From contig PDIP01000056.1 in the NCBI GenBank assembly GCA_002811645.1, forward strand, positions 67,532 to 131,531: a stretch of 64,000 nt of DNA. The letters run 5' to 3'. Below the pieces are notes generated by a model. That model had not been told where the DNA came from. It did not search any database and saw only the letters and a list, made by a program, of their open reading frames with translations. Every line of letters starts with the position of its first letter. Position 1 is the stretch's first letter. Source of the stretch: Corallochytrium limacisporum Hawaii. Its lineage: Eukaryota; Protista; Pluriformea. Below are positions 33,068 to 43,684 of this stretch, piece after piece. The position numbers and the translations under genes are program-made.

Positions 33068-33496
33068 TTATCCCTGTGCGTCAACTTCCGTCATGCGATC
33101 TAGGACCGTCTGTTGCGATGTCTCCATGATTTCACCGGCAAGGAACATTTCGTCTAGTACTGTGTACGCTTTGTGGAAGTTGAAGACAAGGTCGAGTTCA
33201 CAGACGTTTCCAAAGTATTTGTCAAAGGTCTCCACCAGGTTGTGGATGGCTTCCAGGTAGGCAAGACTGTTGTCCTCATTGTTCAAACACATGCAGAAGT
33301 ATAGGCCCGCATACCGGCGGTATACCACCTTGTGGTCCCGGAATTCAACGAAATTTGTGTGCTTGGTGTCACGGACGGTAACAGTGACATGGAGTTCTTC
33401 AAGAAGCTTCAATTTTTCATCTTCGTCGTAGGGTACGTACCATCGGGCCAGGCGTGTCTTGCCCTGGCGGTTGTTCACTACCAGAAAGCGGATCAT
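33068..33496 (-). CDS. AP2S1: AP-2 complex sigma subunit
   Basis: 142 aa; NRQGKTRLARWY, VTVRDTKHTNFVEFR, YRRYAGLYF, VCELDLVFNF, DEMFLAGEI. Confidence 0.96.
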   Translation of the reverse strand: MIRFLVVNNRQGKTRLARWYVPYDEDEKLKLLEELHVTVTVRDTKHTNFVEFRDHKVVYRRYAGLYFCMCLNNEDNSLAYLEAIHNLVETFDKYFGNVCELDLVFNFHKAYTVLDEMFLAGEIMETSQQTVLDRMTEVDAQG

Positions 33497-34799
33497 GGTT
33501 GAGACCCTCGTTTCATTCTCCCTAAATTAACTTATGTATGCTTAGGAACTTTCACATATGCACATGCAACATGACTCGATCAAGTACCTAAGTTTCGGGT
33601 CCGTGCACCCGCAGACCCTGCGTTGTTAAGGCTGTTTGTCGACCGCGTCACAAAACTCGAGCTTCGTTTAACGCCCAATGGGGGGGGTTGCCGACGTCCT
33701 CGCTAGGACGCAAGCACTGATGCTCCAGCCCAACTGGAAAACATACGCCAAGGATGAAGAGTCACAAAAACTTCATATTCCTGTAGGGTTAACCGGCAGG
33801 AGGGGAAGCAAAAAGGAATAACTTTCGCAGACTTTGCTGCTAAAGGCTTCTTATTTTATATACGGAAAGCAACTCTTTCAAGTCTCACTAAAAACCTCTT
33901 ATCTATATTGGCCCCCGCTGACTTACCGTATTGTATCGCTTTTCGCGCCGCGAAGATGGTGGGTGCATCTGTCTCAATATTGATCATGCGGAGAGATTTT
34001 TCTTCGTTCTAGGAGCCCTTGTGCATGCCCAAGTGGTTCTTCTCAGAACCCCCATTCCCGGAAAGCATTGCCGAAGTCGGAAGAATTGGACCACGACCAG
34101 CACACCCGGCGCTCCGGACTGCGCCGGCTCCTGTTTCGTCTCTAAAACTTTCTTCATATTGCTTCTTCCCCACAGAAACTGAGGTCCATCTCTGAGGGTT
34201 GCGTTGGAGTATTCAAGAGTCCATGGTCCTGTCTATCTCGGCTCGGGTGAGCGATATTAGAAAAAGAAAATGCAGAGGCTGCTTTGCGATCGTGAGCCTC
34301 TATCGCCCCTATCGTCGCCGCCGTCAACAATAATAAGCCAGTAGGCCACCAACAGGCATGGGTGGTCTGGAGTCATCCCTAAAATTAGCCATAAAACTCG
34401 TACCAGTCTAGAGACTCCAGCCATTGAGAAGAGATAAGAGAGGCAAGGGTTGGGGAAGGGGGAAGTGCGCAAGTCCGAGGGGAAAGAGGGGGGAGGACGC
34501 ACAGGAGCCGTCCAGCTGCGTGCCCAAGACGTGCACTACGTTGCAATCAGACGGGTTTCGGGCGTATAAACATTTTTTTTATCATCCAAGAATATGTTTT
34601 TCCTAATCATAATATTAAATATTTTAACGTAATACCAATTTCCAAGGATATTCACAACTATTTGAGAGCAGAATAAACGAATCCACACGGTGCTTCTTTT
34701 AGAACAATGCGAACAACTGGTTATCACAGGCACACAGCACCGTCTTGTTTCCACAGTAATGATAGCCTCATGTGAGAGAATCTCAAACTTGCAAAAAAA

Positions 34800-37346
34800 A
34801 TGCCTGTGAGAAAATCAGCACAGCCAAAAATACCGTTTGAGCTTGAAGTTCCGGTGTTTCGGCCAACCTGGCAAGAATTCAAGCATTTCAGTGAATATCT
34901 CAAATATGTGGATGAACATGGCGGTGGTAGGATCGGGCTGGCTAAAATTATTCCCCCGCCGGAATGGGTTCCCAGGCGCTCATATCGGGATTTCGATGCC
35001 GAAATTTATCAGCCCATTGAGCAGGATGTGAGTGGAAAGGACGGTCTCTACCAGGTTTTGAACTCTGCGAAGCGGAGCAAGAACCTATCGAAATTTGCAC
35101 AAATTTCGAGGTCCACAGAGCACAGGCCTCCATCGAGCAATTATCACAATCGTAAGGATGCAGAAAGTAAGTATTGGAAAGCCATTCCTGTAGTGAAACC
35201 AATCTATGGCGCAGACACTCCGGGTTCATGCTTTGACACCGACCAAAAGGTCTGGAACATTAAGCTCGGCTTGGAAGGGTCCATACTTAACGAGCTGGAC
35301 GGAGAGGTCACCGGTGTGACAACGTCATATCTGTACTTTGGTATGTGGAAGAGCACCTTTGCATGGCACACCGAGGACAAAGACCTGTACTCCATCAACT
35401 ACATCCACTGGGGGGCAGGTAAATCGTGGTACGCCATACCTCCAGAATTTGGCTCTCGACTGGAGACGATGGCCAAGGGCTTCTGGCCTGCAGACTTTAG
35501 GATTTGCCCCGAATTTATGCGCCACAAGAGCACATTGATCAGTCCTTCCATCATGCACGACTACAATATTCCTTGGGTGGAGACCACCCAGGAAGCCGGT
35601 GAGATTATGATAACATTTCCCAGGGCCTATCATGCCGGCTTCAACCGCGGTCTAAACTGTGCAGAATCTACTAACTTTGCCCTGGAACGTTGGATTGATA
35701 TTGGGCTCAAAGCTAAAACCTGCAAGTGCCGAAAGGACACAGTGCGTATTGAAATGGATTACTTTGTGCGTAAGTACCGTCCACACCTGTTACCCCCAGA
35801 TGAGGACAGCACCAGTGACGAGTCTCTAACCGATATTTCTGAAGCGGAGTTGCCGCAAAAGCCTAAGGGCAGGAAGCGCGGACGCCCCACCCTGACGGAC
35901 GACAGGTCCGACGTTGAGGATGCCGAAGATGAAGAAGAGGAGGAGGACAGCGAGAGTGACATAGAGAATGATACTGAGGAAGATCAGGCCTGGATGCGCA
36001 TCCGCGCAGAGAAAGCTCTTTCCAACTACTACCGCCGTGAGCGTGAGATCAATCGACAACTATGTCAACGGGTGGACAAGAACCGGATCCACAGCAACAC
36101 AAACACCAGTAACCCTGCGCCGTCTTCAGCAGACAACACACCGAGAAGTATGACTGTGTGTGCCATTTGCATGCTTACTGATGTGTACACCTACCACGTC
36201 CCAATCTCGCCAGAGAAGGATGGCGACCGGTCCAAGAATGGCCAGACCTCGGCCGAGGCGACCACAGAGGAGGATGAGACAGCTTGCGGCATGATCCTGC
36301 AAATGTCCGAGGCAAGTGACCCAGCTGAAATGGCCACAAAAGTCGTCAACGAGACCTACCACCTCATCCGCTGTCCCAAGTGCGAAGTAGTGGTCCACCC
36401 AGACTGCTATCAATGGCAAGCGCCTGTGATTGCCAGCGACGAACCCACCGACGTGGCCCAGGAATGGCAGTGCGAGCGGTGCTACATCAGTCCGCGAAAA
36501 GCGCGCTGCACTCTTTGCCACGAACACGGTGGCGCTCTCAGGGCGACGACAGTGGAGAACAGCTGGGTGCACGTAAGTTGTGCACAGTCCATGCCCGAGC
36601 TATATGAGAAGTTGCCTGCCAATGAACCCATTGATCTAACCCTGGTTAACCGCAGCCGCTTTAATCTGAAGTGTGCGGCGTGTCTGAAGAGTGGTGATAA
36701 ACGGGACGCTCTCCGTGGCGCCTGTGTGCAGTGCACGTACGGCAAGTGCAAGCGGGCTTATCACATTCCTTGTACACGAAAATTATATACTGTGCGGGAT
36801 GCATACGGTGCAGTGTTGGAGGTCAGGTGCCCCAAACACCATCCTAGCATCGTCGGTCCAGGCAATGGCAGGGACGACGAGGCTGAAGCAACAGAGTCTA
36901 AGGGAGATCAGCCAATGTCAAAGAAGGCAAAGACGGAAGGATCTGGTGCACTTGTTTCTGCACCTGCGCAGGAGTCGTTCAAAATCGGTGACCTCGTGAT
37001 GGCCAAATGGCACAATGGTGCCAAGTACCCCGCAAGAATCATCGACATTAAGGAGAAGAAATCCATCATTTTTGAGATCACCAAGCGTCGCAAAACCAGG
37101 GAGGCACGGAAACCCGTTGCTTTCATCCGGTGCAATCTCACCAATGCTGATCGCCTGCGCGACCCGTTGGTCGGGGATCTCGTTGAAATGGCAAACGGTG
37201 ATAAGGTCACGGTCATTTCCGTGCCGCAGTACAGCTCTTACGTTGTGCGCTATGATGGCGATGACAAGATTGGAGCATGCCGAGAGGAAGACCTCTGGCT
37301 ACAAGCCGACGCCGAAGACGGCCACAAACACAAGTTAGTCGCATGA
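34800..37346 (+). CDS. KDM4: KDM4/JMJD2 histone demethylase (JmjN-JmjC-PHD-ePHD-Tudor)
   Basis: VFRPTWQEF and GLAKIIPP (JmjN); YLYFGMWK.TFAWHTED, YHAGFN and AESTNFA (JmjC, Fe ligands intact); two PHD-type fingers; Tudor-like GDLVMAKW...YPARI. Confidence 0.95.
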   Translation: MPVRKSAQPKIPFELEVPVFRPTWQEFKHFSEYLKYVDEHGGGRIGLAKIIPPPEWVPRRSYRDFDAEIYQPIEQDVSGKDGLYQVLNSAKRSKNLSKFAQISRSTEHRPPSSNYHNRKDAESKYWKAIPVVKPIYGADTPGSCFDTDQKVWNIKLGLEGSILNELDGEVTGVTTSYLYFGMWKSTFAWHTEDKDLYSINYIHWGAGKSWYAIPPEFGSRLETMAKGFWPADFRICPEFMRHKSTLISPSIMHDYNIPWVETTQEAGEIMITFPRAYHAGFNRGLNCAESTNFALERWIDIGLKAKTCKCRKDTVRIEMDYFVRKYRPHLLPPDEDSTSDESLTDISEAELPQKPKGRKRGRPTLTDDRSDVEDAEDEEEEEDSESDIENDTEEDQAWMRIRAEKALSNYYRREREINRQLCQRVDKNRIHSNTNTSNPAPSSADNTPRSMTVCAICMLTDVYTYHVPISPEKDGDRSKNGQTSAEATTEEDETACGMILQMSEASDPAEMATKVVNETYHLIRCPKCEVVVHPDCYQWQAPVIASDEPTDVAQEWQCERCYISPRKARCTLCHEHGGALRATTVENSWVHVSCAQSMPELYEKLPANEPIDLTLVNRSRFNLKCAACLKSGDKRDALRGACVQCTYGKCKRAYHIPCTRKLYTVRDAYGAVLEVRCPKHHPSIVGPGNGRDDEAEATESKGDQPMSKKAKTEGSGALVSAPAQESFKIGDLVMAKWHNGAKYPARIIDIKEKKSIIFEITKRRKTREARKPVAFIRCNLTNADRLRDPLVGDLVEMANGDKVTVISVPQYSSYVVRYDGDDKIGACREEDLWLQADAEDGHKHKLVA

Positions 37347-37549
37347 ACAAAGAAGAACAAATATCCGAAGAAAGATATTCGACGACAGCGGGAAACGACA
37401 AAGCAATTTGGCAGAGTTGATAGATGAGCATGATCATTACAACTAAGTTGACAGTATGAGATATATATTATGTGTTTGCTCCAAAATAGGCTCAATTGAT
37501 TAAGAAAACGAATGAGAAAAGAGATTGATATATAAAAGCACCTCCTTCT

Positions 37550-38896
37550 CTAGAATCGGTCAGGCAGCAGAATCGGTGCCACCAGGGTCCAGCCGTACAG
37601 TGCCATCACACACCAGCTGCTCACAATCTTCACCCATGCAGCGGGCCAGCCACGGCCAATCTCAATATCCGTGTCTCCACCGCCGCTGATAGAGGCAAAG
37701 TTTGTGATCAGCATACTAATGTACAGAGCAGCCATGAGGAAGATTACATGGAAGAAAGAGTAGTTGTAGGCCACGGCCTCGCGCTCATCGTCCCAGACCT
37801 GCTGTCCGCCACGCTCTTCATCATCATCGTATCCAGCGCTTACACCAGTGTCCACCAGCAGCACGTCCGCCTCTTCGCTTCCGGCCATGCCAACGTTGTC
37901 AAAAGCACCGTCAGAGCCCGTCTTAAACGAAGAATATGCAATCGAAATGACCACAAAAACGGTACCCATAGCTGCACTGGTGGCATGGGCGTAGCCAAGG
38001 AAGTTACCATCACTGCTGCAGTGCTCATCTGGTTCGTTGCTAACCGCACTCCATACCAAGTAGGTTGCGTACATGATCACGACTGCACTTTGAAGTAGAC
38101 CACTACGTGGGTTCGCCTCTTGCACGGGGGGACTTATGGCTAGGGCGGAGACGCCGAGCGCCAATATTAGGTGAAGGGAAATGAACGTCTTATTTAAATT
38201 GCAGCCGTGGGTGTGGGTGAATCGCACAAACATATAAATAATCATGGTCAATGCGCCTGTGTACAGACCCACAGTGGTACCCAAAAGCAACCAAAACCAG
38301 CCCTGGCTCTCACTCTCCTCCATCATGTCGACCCAGTACTCGGACCAAGTGTGGGCGAAATCAACCAGCAGAATCAGCTGCAGGATAATGAAAAGAAAAG
38401 ATCCAACGAGGGCAAGATAGCCGTACACAGTCATGAAGAACCAGTTAGGAATGAAGAAGGAAAGGACTGCAAACCCAGCAACACCAATGATCTTGAAGAG
38501 CCAGAAACCATTCTGGAAGCCCGCCCGGGGATCTCTTGAAGTTGTGACGCCCACCATTAGCAGGGACATGGAGAGGAAGAACAGAACCATGGCAAAGCAG
38601 ACCCTGAATACTCCAAGAATTCCAACATAGTTAGCAATACTGCAACCTTCGGATTCCTTGCAGTGTTCCTTGACCCAGTCACTCTCAACTCCGGGTATCA
38701 TTTCGATTTTACCACTGACCCATTCCGTACGGCACAAAGCAGCAGCAGCAGACCCGCCCACCAAAAGAGCAGCGTAGCCAATGCGCGACGCTGTCGAGTT
38801 TTTGCATGACGGACAGGCCTTGCAGCAGCAACTACAAGCCGCCTGACCAATGCAACAGGCGGCATTGCTCGCCAAACAACCCACAATGCTTCCCAT
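37550..38896 (-). CDS. SERINC: Serine incorporator (SERINC/TMS1) multipass membrane protein
   Basis: Cys-rich MG N-terminus, DPRAGFQNGFW, QLILLVDFAH.W, SGLLQS, YNYSFFH, WVKIVSSW, WTLVAP. Confidence 0.96.
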   Translation of the reverse strand: MGSIVGCLASNAACCIGQAACSCCCKACPSCKNSTASRIGYAALLVGGSAAAALCRTEWVSGKIEMIPGVESDWVKEHCKESEGCSIANYVGILGVFRVCFAMVLFFLSMSLLMVGVTTSRDPRAGFQNGFWLFKIIGVAGFAVLSFFIPNWFFMTVYGYLALVGSFLFIILQLILLVDFAHTWSEYWVDMMEESESQGWFWLLLGTTVGLYTGALTMIIYMFVRFTHTHGCNLNKTFISLHLILALGVSALAISPPVQEANPRSGLLQSAVVIMYATYLVWSAVSNEPDEHCSSDGNFLGYAHATSAAMGTVFVVISIAYSSFKTGSDGAFDNVGMAGSEEADVLLVDTGVSAGYDDDEERGGQQVWDDEREAVAYNYSFFHVIFLMAALYISMLITNFASISGGGDTDIEIGRGWPAAWVKIVSSWCVMALYGWTLVAPILLPDRF

Positions 38897-39985
38897 GGTT
38901 TAAATATACCAGTTTAGTGTTCAGCCTGTTGGGGGGTTGGGTTACATGTCAACACAATTTTAGCTACAATTGGCGCTTTTGATTGTGTTAAATACTTTGA
39001 TGGTCACACTGTCCGTTATTTACTAGTACGGAAAGAATACACAAACCAGAACGATGGAATACGAACAGGGCCTCATTATTGGTACAAAATTTCCCTGTCC
39101 CACCCGCTTGCAGCCGAGACAGACGAAGGGGTTGGCTCATTCTCCGTCGCCCTGAATACTCCTGGTCTTCCCTGAGTAGCAAGCCCACCGTTTATCTCCA
39201 CATATATACGCCCCCGTCCTTGCTCTCTCTCTCACTATTCGACGTTGCACCAGTACTCTCACTATAGACAAACACGCCAGCGAATCCGCTGGGCTGAGGG
39301 CAGCGCCCCACCCCGGCTCATTATGCTTCCATCACCCTCGCTGTCCGTGTGTCCCGTGCTGCCTGCGAAAGGCCCTGCGTCGTAAGAGCAAAACTGTCTC
39401 CAGTTTTTGGAATTTCGCTGAACGGCCATCGGGAGGCAGACGGAAGCACACCCCGAAACGAAAAAGAGAGTCAGTGGGCAAGGGGCGACCTAGTCGGCTC
39501 AAGAGCGTTCCGGGCACACGTTCTTCGCGGCCCCCGCCGCTCTCGGACGACCGGTACCCGGGCGGGGAGAGTTGGTTGGTTTAGGGGTAGGGAAGGTTGC
39601 TGCGCACTGCCTTGGAGAGAAACTCTCCTCCCGCACTTCGAGCGGCAGACGCGCCAAGACCGGCCGGTGATTTCAAGCGCCTGGCCACTTTGGGGAAAAT
39701 GGAATGAGAGGGAGAAAGGGGGATCTCTATTGACAGTGAGATGATCAGAGGAGCCCATAGTTAACCAGGGTCATAGTCACCGTGGCCGTAATCATTATAA
39801 CATTGCAAAGATACGCCTGCATGAAGCTATGATATGAGACTGGACTTCCTGATGTATTCATATATAGGTTTGCTTGCTATTGAACGTTGGGTGAGATGCC
39901 ACATTCTGTTTTGTTGTCAACCATGATTCAGGTTGCGTTTGTTGTGTTTGTTCTTCATTGCTTTCAGATAAACATCGTTATTGCC

Positions 39986-42190
39986 TCATGCTGCCTGCGC
40001 CTGCCCAACCTGGTGCACAATGACCTCAGAAGTGTCAGGGTCGTAGGAGATCAGGTCCATTTGTTCATAGTACTGGAGCGTCTCGAGCATTTCAGACTCA
40101 GTGATACCCTGGCCTTCCAGGCCGCGCAGCAGGTCCTGATAGTTAATATGGGAGTCAGCATCAGAGAGGTCACCAGCCAGCTGCAGACAGTACCGCCATA
40201 CTAGACTCTGCACCTGGCGCTCGTGGCCACCGCGGTCGTTGTTGAGGGAGATCTTGGAAGTCTCCATCAGACGGAATGCCTCTTCGATGTCCTCACTGTT
40301 GACCTCATCGGCGAGACGGAGACGGGCGTGGGCCGTGGCCAGACGCAGAATGGCCAGCAGCGTACGGGCATTGGTATACAGCTGCGAGTTCTTACGGGTG
40401 ATAATGTAAGCAGCAGTAATATCGCTGGCCAGCTGAGGTGGGACAGTGGGGTTGTAGGACTTGGCCAAGGCAATGTACTTGCGCAGGTACTGGGGTTCAT
40501 AGAGGTCCTCTCCGGTCTCTGCGTTTCCAGTGGGAGCCTTGCCGGTCTGATGGACAGTGCAAATGTGATTTGCCAGCTGTTCATCGTTGTCCTCGTCAGC
40601 GCGGTCAAGGAGCAAGAAAATGAGATCGAAACGGGACAACAAGGCAGCAGGTAGGTTGATGTTGCGCTCCGCACTGAGCTTAGTGTTGTACCGTCCATAG
40701 ATAGGGTTGGCGGCCGCTAGAATGGAAGTTCGAGCATTTAAAGTCGTGGTGATGCCAGCCTTCGCAATGGAAATGGTCTGCTGTTCCATGACTTCGTGGA
40801 TCGCAGTACGGTCGTGGTCGAGCATCTTATCGAACTCATCGATGCAACAGACACCTTTGTCAGCCAGGATAAGCGCTCCGCCCTCCAGGACCAGCTCACC
40901 GGTTATGGCATCGCGGGTCACAGCAGCGGTCAAACCAACACCAGAGCTGCCACGTCCAGTGGTGTACACGGCACGCGGCGCAATGTTTGCAACGTGCTTC
41001 AGCAGCTGTGACTTTGCCACTCCAGGGTCACCCATCATGCAAATGTTAATGTCACCACGGATACGCATGCCGTCCTCCATGTCACGTTGGGTGCCACCGA
41101 CCAAGGCCAGCAGCAGGGCCTTCTTCAGGTCCTCATGGCCCCATACTTCGGGGGCAATGCTCTGGCTCAGGGTATCGTACATATGCACACGAGCAGCCTC
41201 GTCGCGCATGGACTGTTCCTCCTCTTCAGTAACGTAGGCGCTCTCTCCACCCTTGTATGTCTTCTTCTCACGTTCTATGTGCTCTGCAACCACATACGTG
41301 TTAGCCAGCAGGCCCTGGACCATGGCCCGGTAGCCAGTGTGGCGCTGCACAAGCAAAACTCCATCGACAGAGACCGTGTCACCAGAGTTGGCCTGGCGAG
41401 TCATTTCACCAAAGGCACGCACAGTGATCGTACGAGGAACGTGACCCTGGGGAACATTCTCAGCCAATTCTTGGATGCGAAGTTCCTGGTGCTTGACAAA
41501 TTTGGATCCCCTGATCATCATGGTCAGCTTGCCCTTGCCGTCAGCCTTGCACTGTTTTACCTGACACACGGTCTGAGGGGTGAAGGAAGGACCGGTGACC
41601 TCCTGATAAGTTTCGTAGTCACAGCTGTCACACATGTACGTGGCAATCAGTACCATTGGCTTTACTTCGCTGACCCGAGTGACAATGCCCTTAAAGGTGA
41701 TCAGCTTGCCGACGTACTGGGCGCGAACCTCACGAATGCAGAGCTGCTTCAGAGTGGCACTTTGGGGTACAATGCGAAGCTCGTAGTTACGCATGAGTTC
41801 CGGTGCATAGCTTGCGTCGGCATGACCATAATTCTGCATTTCATCGGAAGTGTTGCGAAGGTTCTGTCGATGCTGGAGAAAGACGTCTAGAGTGTTCATC
41901 TTGGACACATCAAGCTCTACTGTGGGCTCCATCTGTTTCAGTAGCGAGTCGATAGCCTCGCTCATGAGTTTGTGATAGCGCAAGGTGTTTCCCATGATGT
42001 TCTTAACCAGGTCATCGTTGCCAGTCTGTGCAATGTCATCGAGGTGAACATCGATTACGGTCTGTTCCCGGTTCACTACCCGCTGCAGGGCCTCCTTGTA
42101 AGGCTTGCTCCTGTTACGACCCTTTTGAAAAGTGTCAAAGAAGGTCCTGAGCGCATCGCGGTCAGCGGGGTAATCGGGGGTGGTCGCCAT
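39986..42190 (-). CDS. MCM7: DNA replication licensing factor MCM7
   Basis: GDPGVAKSQLL (Walker A), YTTGRGSSGVGLTAAV, IDEFDKM, LPAALLSRFDL; MCM7-type RGSKFVKHQE. Confidence 0.97.
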   Translation of the reverse strand: MATTPDYPADRDALRTFFDTFQKGRNRSKPYKEALQRVVNREQTVIDVHLDDIAQTGNDDLVKNIMGNTLRYHKLMSEAIDSLLKQMEPTVELDVSKMNTLDVFLQHRQNLRNTSDEMQNYGHADASYAPELMRNYELRIVPQSATLKQLCIREVRAQYVGKLITFKGIVTRVSEVKPMVLIATYMCDSCDYETYQEVTGPSFTPQTVCQVKQCKADGKGKLTMMIRGSKFVKHQELRIQELAENVPQGHVPRTITVRAFGEMTRQANSGDTVSVDGVLLVQRHTGYRAMVQGLLANTYVVAEHIEREKKTYKGGESAYVTEEEEQSMRDEAARVHMYDTLSQSIAPEVWGHEDLKKALLLALVGGTQRDMEDGMRIRGDINICMMGDPGVAKSQLLKHVANIAPRAVYTTGRGSSGVGLTAAVTRDAITGELVLEGGALILADKGVCCIDEFDKMLDHDRTAIHEVMEQQTISIAKAGITTTLNARTSILAAANPIYGRYNTKLSAERNINLPAALLSRFDLIFLLLDRADEDNDEQLANHICTVHQTGKAPTGNAETGEDLYEPQYLRKYIALAKSYNPTVPPQLASDITAAYIITRKNSQLYTNARTLLAILRLATAHARLRLADEVNSEDIEEAFRLMETSKISLNNDRGGHERQVQSLVWRYCLQLAGDLSDADSHINYQDLLRGLEGQGITESEMLETLQYYEQMDLISYDPDTSEVIVHQVGQAQAA

Positions 42191-42507
42191 TGTGAACCAA
42201 AGTCTCTGTGTTTATGTGATCAAATGTGTTCCCGCTAGTGAATCTGCGATCACTTTGTGCTGTGGGTTGTACACCATCGATCTCTTGAATATCTTACAAC
42301 GTCTATTCCATTAGTACCTTCATCACAACCAACACTTCATATGACAACTGTAAAGAAAAAGTTTAGCGCGCGATAAAGTTCTCATCGCAACAATCGCCAG
42401 CGCGGATACGAGTCCAAGGCACATTTCTTTGATCAACCCCGAGACCCCTCTCTCCCAATTCTGTTAGCTCAATCCATCCTGGTATTACAGTAATGGAAAA
42501 ATTCTGG

Positions 42508-42665
42508 GCGCGAAAGTTTAGAACCTCCCTCATCCCCTGACTGCGGTGGAGCCCGTCCGAAAAAAACATAGGGGAGAGATCGTGCGGAAAAGGGACTCCG
42601 CACAGAGAGGCCGGTCCCCTACAGCCCCCGCCCCCAAATTGCCGAGTCTCCTGGAGTTTTCGCGC
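42508..42665. promoter_or_regulatory. Two E2F-consensus sites (TTTCGCGC) in the MCM7/POP7 divergent promoter
   Basis: GCGCGAAA at 42508-42515 and TTTCGCGC at 42658-42665. Confidence 0.55.
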
Positions 42666-42969
42666 TCATTTATGAACTGAGCAGGCGGGGAAGGGCCATC
42701 CAGAGTACGCATACTGATCCGTGTTCGTGTTATTGATCTTTGTATGCAATTGATTTCTCGAATTTTTGTTAGCGTTGCGTTGTTGGCCCAGAGGTCACAA
42801 GGCATAGTGCTACTGGTCGTATGAATGGCTTTGGTGTTTGTTGGAACACGCCTGCAAGTAAAAGTATTTTCGATGACCGTATGCTCGATCAGCAAGCGTA
42901 GTCACGCATTTGGGAATTAGCCACGATGCAAACTGTTGATGGTCACAGACAGGCACAACACACCCAGCA

Positions 42970-43587
42970 ATGGTCGACAGTGATCAGGCAGCGGCTGCTG
43001 GCACTGCTGGAACAGAGGACGCGAGCAAACGATTAGATTCTGCAGGACAGGCTGACCAGAGCAAGCAGAAAAAGCGCAGTCGTGGTGGACAAAACCAAAG
43101 CAAAAAGCGAGGAAAAGCAGAAAGCGGAAGTCAACAGCAGAGACAGAAGAACAAAGACGCGGAGCATTCCACAGAAAATGCCAATTTGAAAGCTACACAC
43201 AAGACACCCGAGGATGCTGCTATTGACGCCTATTATGAGGTACATAAACGCGTACCTGAGCGGCTTCCTCGCAAGGAGACTGACATTTATGTCGCGCGGA
43301 ATACAGACTTCAACTCTGCGCTCAAGCGGGCCAAGAAAGTATTGGATAATGGTGGGTCTTTTGTGGACATCCACGGACTAGGGGCCACTATCAACAAGGC
43401 TTTGAACCTAGCCTTGCAGCTGGACAAACAGTACAAAGGAGTTTTCAAACTGTCATGCCGGACATCGACAGTTGTAGTCGTGGACGATCTGGAACCCACC
43501 ACAGAAAACCTGCGGCATAAGACTCGCACCCGGAATGTAAGTGCTTTACATGTGCACCTGTACCGAGAAGAGAAGCAACAGCAATGA
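42970..43587 (+). CDS. POP7: RNase P/MRP subunit Rpp20/Pop7 (Alba fold)
   Basis: KRVP, DIYV...T.F...LKRA.K.L, IHGLGATI.KA.NLAL, TSTV.VVDD.EP, R.RN.SA.H. Confidence 0.92.
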   Translation: MVDSDQAAAAGTAGTEDASKRLDSAGQADQSKQKKRSRGGQNQSKKRGKAESGSQQQRQKNKDAEHSTENANLKATHKTPEDAAIDAYYEVHKRVPERLPRKETDIYVARNTDFNSALKRAKKVLDNGGSFVDIHGLGATINKALNLALQLDKQYKGVFKLSCRTSTVVVVDDLEPTTENLRHKTRTRNVSALHVHLYREEKQQQ

Positions 43588-43684
43588 TAGTGACCTTTGA
43601 CTGTAGAACGAGTACACTGAACAAGCACAAAAACTTGGAAGGTTAGAATCAGTAGATTACACGAGTTTAGATTTATTTGGCAGT

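Noticed and set aside
41087-41890. 267-aa antisense ORF and the many other ORFs nested in long genes
   Set aside because: Shadow frames of codon-biased real genes, with no domains of their own.
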